A DNA stretch of 64,000 nucleotides. Origin: Chiloscyllium plagiosum. Lineage: Eukaryota. The first letter of the stretch is position 1, and every line of letters begins with the position of its first letter. The stretch is from assembly GCF_004010195.1 (NCBI RefSeq), contig NC_057718.1:13433549-13497548 (forward strand). Reading direction: 5' to 3'. Both the position numbers and the translations under genes were made by a program. Under the pieces are notes generated by a model. It did no database searches, had not been told where the DNA came from, and saw only the letters and a program-made list of their open reading frames with translations. Below, piece by piece: positions 54,496 to 64,000 of this stretch.

Positions 54496-54854
54496 CTGTT
54501 AAACATTTGCAAAAACAGTGAACCTTATTTGAGTGACTGATATTAAGCAAGCACTCTGCACATAAAGGTTAGCTTTGTGATGACTATTAACATTTCTTCT
54601 TCAAACAAAGGATCAACTGGCTCTTTTGTCAGAAGCCTGAGAAGACAACACTAAGGTGAACAGTATTGGACAGTTAAGAAAGGAAAATAAACGATTGTCA
54701 TAAACAATAAAAGTACTGCATATGTTTCCATCCTTATAGAGGCTAATGCTGAGCAGTTAGATTTTATACCGTATTTCCCCAACATTAGCACTGGTTTCAA
54801 AGCCATATGTACTTGATTTGACAATCTGCATACAAACTAGCATAAAACTTACTG

Positions 54855-55070
54855 AAAATAAAAAATGCCGAAAATCAATACGGTCAGGCAGCATCCATGC
54901 GGAGACAGCAAGCTAACGTTGAGTCCAGATGACTGCTCAAATGCTCTGATGAAGAGTCTTCTAAACTTGAAACATTAGCTTGCTCTCTCTCCTTGGATGC
55001 TGCCAGATCCGCTGCGATTTCTGGTGTTTTTGTTTTCAGTACAGATTCTAGCATCGGCAGTAATTTACAC
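54855..55070. mobile_element. Palindromic Penelope-type element with decayed hammerhead (54943-54979, +)
   Basis: ggcagcatccatgcggagacagcaagctaacgtt is inverted to aacattagcttgctctctctccttggatgctgcc; motif GCT-CTGATGA-A-GAGT...ACTT-GAAA-CA-TT-AGC. Confidence 0.75.
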
Positions 55071-55404
55071 CTGTTAAAATTTCTATTACTTTGCAATGGA
55101 TTGTAACACCTTCCAAGGCCAGAATCAGACAGATTATCCCTTTAGGAGGTCCCAATCACCAATGTAGGATTTAAATGACATCCTATTTGGAAGTTCAGTT
55201 TTAACACTGCCAAGTATATTTTCCCCTTTGATTTTTTCATAAGAAAAAATAGAACTTAAATACAATGACTGAAAAAAATTGAGACTGCTTTTATTTGAAG
55301 AAAGGACATTAACTGGGAGTGAGTTTTGAAAAGATTTTGAAAATAACTGGGAGATCTGAACATAAAGGAATGGGAAGAGTTAGATAAGAACAGTCTGTTA
55401 TTAT

Positions 55405-56178
55405 TGACACTGACGTAAAGGCCCAAAAGGAGGAAATGTATGTATTGTAGCCAGACAGGCCACCCTAAATAATGAACTTTTGGTGGACAATAATAAGGTC
55501 AAAGTGGAGTTACAAAAGATTAGAGCATGCTGACTAAATGACTTTGTTAATCCACATGATGCAGAATCCAGGCAGGCTGCAGCTATCCATAGACGGCTTG
55601 CAAACAAATTTGACAGTTGCAGCCCCTGCAATACAAACCTGAAGGTGGACTTGAATGGGACAACGAAATGTCGCCTTCGGAGCAGTGAGCAGTGAACCAT
55701 TCCCTAGACGCAGAGGCGCCTAGCACCTTTATTTGGAGGAGGTTACCTGCATCCAGCACCTCCCATAATGGACATCTAAGGGCCACTTTGCCATTAATGT
55801 GCCAACACCTTGGTTGGGTCTCATTGATCAGGGCAATCAAACCTGATCAGGAGACTCAGAAGGATAAGAACCGCTGCAAAACCTCACCCAGCATGGTAAC
55901 TCGAGAATAACCACCGAAAGGGAAGACACCAACAAGACCATCAGAAGAAGAAGACATCACCACGTGAGCTCGGCCAAGTTCTAGCGTAGTGGTATATGAT
56001 CATGCAAAGTTAAGTTAAAGCATAAAATAGTCTGTAGTGTTTTTCGTTAGTTTATAGCATACTTTATTGTTCTAATATTAATTGAATTCAATAAATGAAA
56101 ACTATTGTTTAGAAGAATCAACTCTCAGTTCGTTTGCTGAAAATAAGAATTTAAACACACCATGAGGCAGGTACAACG
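55405..56178 (+). mobile_element. Possible solo LTR
   Basis: Locally CpG-richer 774-bp block starting TG, ending ACAACG, flanked by ttat/ttat; AATAAA at 56090-56095. The end is not the canonical CA. Confidence 0.4.
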
Positions 56179-57912
56179 TTATGATATATATGCAATATAC
56201 ATGACCATTTAGAAAAAGATAATATATCAGATAAATAAATCAAAATTTCCGTAGCAGTCAAATTGATGCCTTTTTACCTTGGTATGACATAGTTGGGGGT
56301 GTGCTGCAAAGAACAACTATGAAGCAAAATATATTTGATTTACACCCATGATAAGAACATAGGAAATAGGAGCAGGAAGAGGGACTTCGATCTTCATGCT
56401 TACTCTGTTATTTAACATAAATAAGACTGATCTTCTACAACATGACTTTGCTGATTTATCCCCATATCACTTAATACCCAAAAAAACTACGAAGCTCGGT
56501 CTTCAATATATTCAAAGATTGAATATCCAAAGGCTTTTAAGATAGAGAATTCCATAGACACTTTCTGAGTGAATCAATTTTTCCTCTCCTCAGTACTAAA
56601 TGGCCATCCCTGTATCATGATATTGCGGCATTATGTTCTAGGTCCCCAGCTGGGCAAACACTTGTTTTCATCTTTTGGAATAAGCCCCTTAAGAATTTTT
56701 AAATTTTCATTTCGATCACTTCTCTGTAGTTCTAAATCACAGGAAATATGGACTTAGCCCATTCACTCTCCTCATAGGAGAACTGCTCACCAGAGGAACT
56801 AATCTCAGAAGCTTTTGTTGCACTCCCTCTACGGCAAGCATGTCCTCTAACAAAATAAAATGAAGAATTGTGGATGCTGGAGATCTGAAATAAAAACAGA
56901 AAATGCTGCAAAAACTCAGCAGGCCTGACATCATCTGTGGAGAGAGAAGCAGAGTTAACGTTCTGAGTGTAGTGAGCCTCGTCAGATCTGAAAGCAGTTG
57001 CGAAATGATGGCATTTATGGTGAAGGTAGGAGGGACTGAAAAGAAAGGAGTGAATCGAATTGATGGAGATAATGCCTATAGACAAAGTAAGGAAAAAAAG
57101 GAAAAGCAGACAATGAGAATGTTGATAAACCAGAAAAGAAAATGTTGAATGGGTGCTAACAGGAAGGGTTAAAAGTTGAAAGTGAGCTGGTTGCGCTTGG
57201 AGAAACCCATACAGAAGCAGTGATTGTGGCAGTGAGCAACGGACATGGAGTAAGATGTTCACATTCGACTATACAACTCACAGTACCTGCCCAAATCAGC
57301 ATAAATACAGTTGCTCCGCTGCTTTCAGTTCTGACAAAGGGTCATTGGACCTGAAACATTAATCTATTTTTCTCTCCACAGATGATGCCAGGCCTGCTGA
57401 GTTTGTTTCATGTTATCTGCCAAGTAAGAGCAACAAACTTGAGTACAGTGCCCAAGGTGTGCCTTCATCAATGTCATATATATTTGGATTCAACTTAATT
57501 CCTCTTGAAAAGTCGGGGAAGAGAGCAGACCAAGGGAAATGCAGAGGATTGTTAGAGCATGGAGTGCAATGCCAGAGAGAATCAATGAAGTAAGGATTAT
57601 GGGATTTTGAGTTTAAAAACGTATGGTAAGGAAAGGAAAAGAATCGAGTAGTGGGATTAGTTTGCACTATTCTAGCATAAAGACATGAATCAAATAACAT
57701 TCTGTTTGTGTGGCTTGAATGGCCTCTGGTGAAGCAATCCATGTTCAACTGTAACAGGATCTGAACAACATCCAGGCTTGGACTGAAAAGTGGCAAGTAA
57801 CACTCGTGCCACAAACGCCAGGCCAATAAGAGACAATCTAACCACTCCTCTATTATATTCAATGACATTATCATCAATGAATCCCCCACTAATCAACATT
57901 CTGGGAGTTACT

Positions 57913-58647
57913 AAGGAGAGGATTGATCCCATTGGATTGTTCCCTATGCAAACTATCAATATCACTTGGCAGAATGCCTCATCAGGAGTACTTTCCAACG
58001 AGCACCAAGACATGGCTTGGCTGATGGTGATCACTGTCTGTGAGATCCTTCATGTACGCCCACATTCTCTCTGCCACCACATGCTGCCCTCGAAGCGAGA
58101 GATTGTCACACATCTCCTTTTGGAATGTGCCTTCGCAAAGGAAGTCTGGAAAGAGCTGTTCATTCTGAGCAGCTCTGTGACGCAGGATTCTGCGCTCTCT
58201 GGCTGTTACCCAGAGATGCACACTCAGACAAACATTGACTGCACCTAGAGGATCATCAACTTGGAGAAAAACTCTCTTTGTTCTGCCTAAACTTGGAGGT
58301 CTTCCAGAGCAAGGAGTTGACCTTGACTGAGTGCTGAAGACTAGCATTTTTCAAGGTCCAAAACTACATGCTGAGGGACACACAAAAGCTTAAGGCAGCT
58401 GCCATTAAAGCGCAGTGGGGAAAGACCACCATCTGAGGTCTTTCAGCTGAAGCGCAATAGGGGTATGTTCGGTTATCATCCTCCCAGTGACTCAAATGCA
58501 TACATATATTGTCTTGCATAAGCTAGAAATGCTTCTGGTTTGCTTGTTATACAGATGCAAAGACTTAACAGAATTGAACTGCTCTAGTGACTATACATGC
58601 ATATGAAGATTTTTTACAAATAAAATATATTTTTGAAATAAAACAAA
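57913..58647 (+). mobile_element. L1/Tx1-clade LINE 3' fragment nested in a CR1/L2-group LINE
   Basis: HQDMAWL...EIVTHLLLECAFAKEVWKE resembles the zf-RVT C-terminus; A-rich tail with AATAAA; host element spans about 57740-57912 and 58648-59220. Confidence 0.75.
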
Positions 58648-60185
58648 TTGACCAGAAACCGAACTGTACTTGCCAAATAAATGCAGAGGCTGCAAAAAGG
58701 TCTGAGGCTCAGAATACTGCAGTGAGTAAATCACCTTCTGACTCCTCAAAGCCTGTCCACCATCTACAAGGCACAAGTCAGGAGTGTGGTGGAATACTCT
58801 CCACTTGCCTGGATGGGTGCAGTTTCAACAACACTCACAAACCTTGACGCCATTTAGAACAAAGTAGTCTGCTTGATGGGCATCACGGCCACAAAGAACC
58901 ATTCAGTCACTCACCACCAATTGCCAGTAGCAGCAGTGTAAGATGCATGGCAGAAATTTGTGAAAGATCCTTATACAGCACCTTTCAAACCAATGAACAA
59001 TTCCATCTAGAACAAAGGCAGCAGATACAAGGGAATACCAACACTTGCAAATTTTCCTCCAAACCTTGGATCTTGACTTGGAAATATACTGCCATTCTTT
59101 CAATGCTTCAATTCCTTCCCTGTTCAACGATGTAGCTCATCATCACCTTTTCATGGCGATGAGGGACAAGCAATATATACTAGCCCGCCAATGATGCCCA
59201 CATCTCATGAGTGAATTAAAAAACTGGACTTTTGATCAGTAAAATGACAAATTCAATTGAAAAAGTCCATATAACTGAAGAACCTAGAAATCAATAGTAT
59301 TTTCAAGCTTTGTTTCAACTTACAGTTCTGTTTTTATTATTTGGCTTCAGGGAATACTGCTAGAACTGAAATGTGTCTCCTAAACAAACATATTAATTGG
59401 CAGAACTGTCTTGTCATAATAACTGCTGCAGTCCTAAAGTTCTATCACCATGTTTCTAGTTTGAGAACTGATCTCTTTTTACTGTAAGGACGTTGATTTG
59501 CATTTCACATTATTTGATTCTTGTATTGCTTGAGGATTAACAAAATATGTCTTATTCCACATTTAGCATTTTGAATTAAAGCTCAGTCAGATTATATTTG
59601 CTGGACTGAAAACTAAACATGCATTAGTAAAGCCCAGTGGATGATGAGAGAAAGTCAAATTACAGCTTGCAAAATAGTTCTGTACATTGCTAGATATTTA
59701 AGACATTATTGGAGAAATTAAGCCAAATTTCAAAGAAATCAAAGCTAAACTTGGGTATGTATTTAAATTTTAAAGAATGGAAATGATTGAATCAAAACAG
59801 CGCAGAAAGTTTATTTAAATTAAACCAGTAACAGTCAAACGTATCAAGTCTAAGTGAAACTTCAGAACCTTTAACACTTCAGGGCATTGGAGAAGCCAAA
59901 AAGCAAAAGATTCATATTAACTCATTAGACTATAGTGGGAGTACAGTTCTGGACACTGCATTATAGGAAAGGTGTGAATGCATTGGAGGAAGTACATAAG
60001 CGATTTACAAGAATGGTTCATGAATGAGGAACATCAGTTATCAGGATAGATTGTAGAAATTAGGATTGTTTTCCATGGAGAAAAGGTAGCTGAAAGGAGA
60101 TTTGATAGACACCTGCAAAATCATGAATGGGTTGAATACAGTAGATCGGGAAAAGCTGTTCTCATTAATAAAAAGGAACAAGAAC

Positions 60186-60477
60186 AGGCAGCACAGTGGC
60201 TCAGTGGTTGGCACTGCAGCCTCACAGCACCAGACACCCAGGTTCGATTCCTGCCTCGGACAGCTGTCTGTATGGCGTTTGCACATTTTCCCCGTGTCTG
60301 CATGGGTTTCCTCCGGGTTTTCTGGATTCTCCCACAGTCCAAAGATGTGCAGGTCAGGTGAATTGGCCATGCTAAACTGCTCGTAGAGGGGAACGAGTCT
60401 GGAGTGTTTCTTCTTCGGAGGGTCAGTATGGACCTGTTGGGCTTATTTCCAATTGTATGGAATCTCATCTAACCTAA
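60186..60477 (+). mobile_element. HE1-like SINE nested in a CR1 3' fragment (about 59940-60760)
   Basis: gtggctcagtggttggca A box, ggttcgattcc B box; CR1 sequence on both sides. Confidence 0.88.
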
Positions 60478-61364
60478 ACAATGAGAGGGCAAATACTAAA
60501 AGTGATAAGGAAAAGCAAGGGTGACATGAGAATTTTTTTTTCACTCAGCAAGTAGTATGGTTATCAAATGCACAGAGTCTGGAAATGCAGAGGAGGCAGG
60601 TCCAATTGAGGCATTCAAGAGGGCATTAGACAATTATTTGGATAAATATGGTATACAAGGTTATTTGGATAAAAGCAAGACATTAAAATGAGGTAACGAT
60701 ACTCATTTAAAGGACAGTAGAGGCATGAGGGGTTGAACAGTCTCCTTCAGTACTATACTAATTCTGAGCTTGTGAATTTGAGAACCCGATAATCATTACC
60801 TCCTCCATCCTTCTGGATGTTTTCACAAGAATTTGAAATAAAGTTCTGCCAAAAAAAAACCTGCCCCAATGATATTCTGGCTGGAAAATGCATGCGAACC
60901 TCTGGTGAGAATTAGGAAGGGCTTAGCCACAGTGTTCAAATTAACAATCAGGCTCAGAACAGTCATCATGCAAGTTTAGCAACACTCATGGCTTCAGGAA
61001 AAGTGCAAGAAAAAATGATTGCAATTAGGAGGCAAAAGGGGACTTCAATTACCATCCACTATTTTAGCTTCGAGAGTGATTCCTGAGGGATCAAGAAGAC
61101 TCCAATAACTCATGGGAGCAGCAAGAATTTTGTCAGTGCCTTTCCCTGTCCCTGCAATCATTTCCCCATACCTCTCACTCGCTATAATCATTTGTTTTGA
61201 AAGTCTGTACCTCATTATAACATGAGAAATAGGCGGAGTAGATATTCAGACCTTCAAGTCTACGACAACATTCGATTAGATCACAGCTGATTCATTTACT
61301 TTAACATAATAGAAATTTGCTAATCTAATTTCACATCTACAAATCAACTTTAACATCAAAAGAA

Positions 61365-61548
61365 GGGTGGTACGGTGGCTCAGTGGTTAGCACTTCTGCC
61401 TCATAGCACTAGACAAATGGATTAGCCTTGGGAAATGCAGGGTTACAGGGATGGAGTAGGAGTGGCGGTAGATTGCTCTTCAGAGGGTCAGTGTGGACTC
61501 ACTGGGCCAAATCATCTGCTTCCATATTGTGTGGGTTCTATGATTCTA
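61365..61548 (+). mobile_element. Internally deleted HE1-like SINE
   Basis: ggtggctcagtggttagcact head joined to the ggaaatgcagggttacaggg...ttctatgattcta tail. Confidence 0.75.
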
Positions 61549-63696
61549 TCATTTTCCTTCCCCAACTCTATATTTTTGTTCTGTAAAAATCTATCAACTT
61601 CAGCCTCGAACATATTCAATGACTGAGCTGCCACAGTACCCCAGGGCAGAGAATTCCAAAGATTCATCACCCTCTGAAGAAATTCCTCCTAATTTCAGTC
61701 CTAAAATGGCATTCCCTTATTCTGAGACTGCATCCCTTGGCTCTAGGATTTTCAGTCAGCGGAGACATGGTGCATTTACTTTGTCCTTCTAAGAATTTTG
61801 TAACTTGAATTGGGGAAAAAATACACATTGTATACAATACAGTTTGCCCTTGTCCATTGTATAGGTAATTTCAGAGAACAGGTAAAAGCCAAACACATTG
61901 CTGTGGATCTGGAGTCACATATAGACAGAGAGGGTAAGAATGACATTGGGAAATCAGTTGACACTCCAACAATCTTTTATTTTCAAGGTTACCTTTATTA
62001 AAAATCAAATTTTAATTTAATTATTTGCATTTAAATTCCCCAATTAGTCTGCTGGGATTCAAGCTCACATTTCTGTGCTATTCTCTGGAATACTAATGCC
62101 TAACAAATCCATTGTGCTATAGTACTGTAGCAAATTATTGCGTCCCTTCATCAATTTTACCTTTAAGCCCTGCACACTTTCTATTACACAGATAAAGAGG
62201 CGTCAAAAAGCACCTGAATGCCTCAATATCTAATTAGATGGCAATGTTATTTTTAATGCAAAACTGAATGCTGCTCCAAGTGTAAAATTAACATTGGAAC
62301 TTGATTGTAGATATGTTATCAACTATGTAAAACTTCTCGGAGCTATGAAATTCATTCTGCTGTTCAAACCTAAACTAAATAAATATCAAAAAGTGAATAA
62401 AAATATCAAAATAAGCAGAATTATAAGAACTACAAATGGATATGAAAACGTCCCAATTTAAAGGATGTGCATTGAGTAAATTGTGTCAGAATTATTGTTG
62501 GGGTTTCACAAAACTCTCAATGGATCTCTTAACAATGGGAAATAAATAGAATGTATTCTGATTTGCATTTATATAACCTCAGGAAAAAATCTGAAGTAAT
62601 TCAATGCATAATATCTTTGCTTATGAGCACCTGGGATGAATTAATCATTTGGAATATTGACTATTTTGTGACACATCTCAATTTCAAAGCTATGTGCATC
62701 GTATAAGATTTCCAATTGCCCTTTTACTCTTCTGGTAAATGAAAATAATCAGATTGGATGTTTAACATCTGCTGCAATGCTGATCAATGCAGGTCTTTTG
62801 AACATTCAGGTGATAATTCAATTAAACTATCATGCATTCAAAGCCACACACAGCTTACAAATGCCAATGTTTTCCAAAAAAAGGTAGCATCTGGCCACAA
62901 ATGCAGTCCAAGGTAAGCCACTGGGACTGGGCAGATGGAGTACAATGGGCTCTGATGATGATCTAACTTTTATATTTTTCTTGACACGGGTATTCCCCAG
63001 TACAATCACTTCTGAAGTTAACCCAGTAGTTCGTGACAGGATTACTAAAATCCAGAGATATTGGCAGGTTATTTAAATTTTATAGCGCAATAGCAAGGCC
63101 AACATATGTAGTCTTTTTTGCCCTAAGGATCAGATTATTTAGTGACAGGTGTTCACTTAGAGAGAGTAAAAGCGAGTTAAAATTCATTTTAAAGCCCAAG
63201 GTCACTGACAATCAACTTTCTAAGGATCTGAATATAATTGTATAATGTATTCCTTTGATCTCTGGAGTGTCATTTTGAATAAGATCCAGAAATAGCTTGA
63301 TGAGCCAACCATCTCCATCATCTGTACTTATTACTGATTTTTATGCTGAATTCAAGATGTCTCCACTCACATCAAATTCTACTCACCTATCACAGCTATC
63401 CCTCCTGACTTAAACTCTAACTTCATTCCCCATCACCGTTGGTGATACCTGCAGCTGCCTGGGCCCTATCGTCCGGAATATCCTATCTTAATAATCAGGG
63501 TGCAAGATAGCAGTACCTGATATTGACTGGAAGGGTAATTTGCGCGGCCAAGTGATTGTATGTTGAACACTGGAACAGAGCTGGACTAAGTACTGGCACC
63601 TGTAGCCAGCTCTGCCATTCAGCCAAATTGTGGCTGATCTGATCTGTGAAACTCATTATCACAGAATGTGTGGAGGCATGAGTGTATTTATTACAG

Positions 63697-63864
63697 GAGA
63701 AAGTGAGGACTGCAGATGCTGGAGACCAGAGCTAAAATGTGAATCTTCAGGCCCGAAGAAGGGCCTGAAGATTCCTGAAGAAGGGCTCATGTCTGAAACG
63801 TTGTTTCTCCTGCTCCTTGGATGCTGCCTGACCTGCTGCGCTTTTCCAGCAACACATTTTCAGC
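63697..63864 (+). mobile_element. Hammerhead-family mini-element with inverted front segment, 14-bp hairpin and 14-bp TSD
   Basis: tgtatttattacag at 63683-63696 and 63865-63878; CTGAAGA-A-GGGC-TCAT-GTCT-GAAA-CG-TT at 63775-63802. Confidence 0.85.
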
Positions 63865-64000
63865 TGTATTTATTACAGACATAGATAGGTTCTTGATTGG
63901 TAAAGGAATCAAGGGGTACCGGGAGAAGGCAGGAGAATGGGCTTGAGAAACGTAATACGCATGATTGAATGGTGCAGCAGATCCAATGTGCCAAATGGCC

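Noticed and set aside
60190..60260. tRNA gene
   Set aside because: A and B boxes are present but continue into SINE body and tail; no cloverleaf.
54496..64000. Further upstream TARBP1 exons
   Set aside because: Donor-like sites near 59320 and 63385 either have stops in the needed phase or show no TARBP1 similarity; TIFYFQ near 61970 is on the wrong strand.

Overview
AT-rich, CpG-depleted, repeat-dense vertebrate DNA. The repeat families (HE1-like SINEs, CR1/HER1-like LINEs, Deu-domain SINEs, Penelope-like elements) indicate a cartilaginous fish, probably a shark (inference). The only recognisable host gene is the 3' end of TARBP1 (TRM3-like SPOUT/SpoU RNA 2'-O-methyltransferase) on the minus strand. 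Its four phase-compatible GT-AG exons are 54495-54301, 49590-49466, 37962-37826 and 17890-17704 (with stop); earlier exons appear to lie beyond the window. Most of the rest is transposon debris and unassigned non-coding DNA. The most interesting signal is a set of very short (about 90-230 bp) Penelope-associated insertions carrying minimal type-I hammerhead ribozyme motifs (CUGANGA, extra nt, stem II, GAAA, palindromic stem III, UH). Several have 13-14 bp target-site duplications and inverted architectures. Two intact-core motifs are in the TARBP1 sense orientation: one intronic, one downstream of the stop. GIY-YIG remnants of possible partner elements are in the same window. Family names come from recognition, not database searches.
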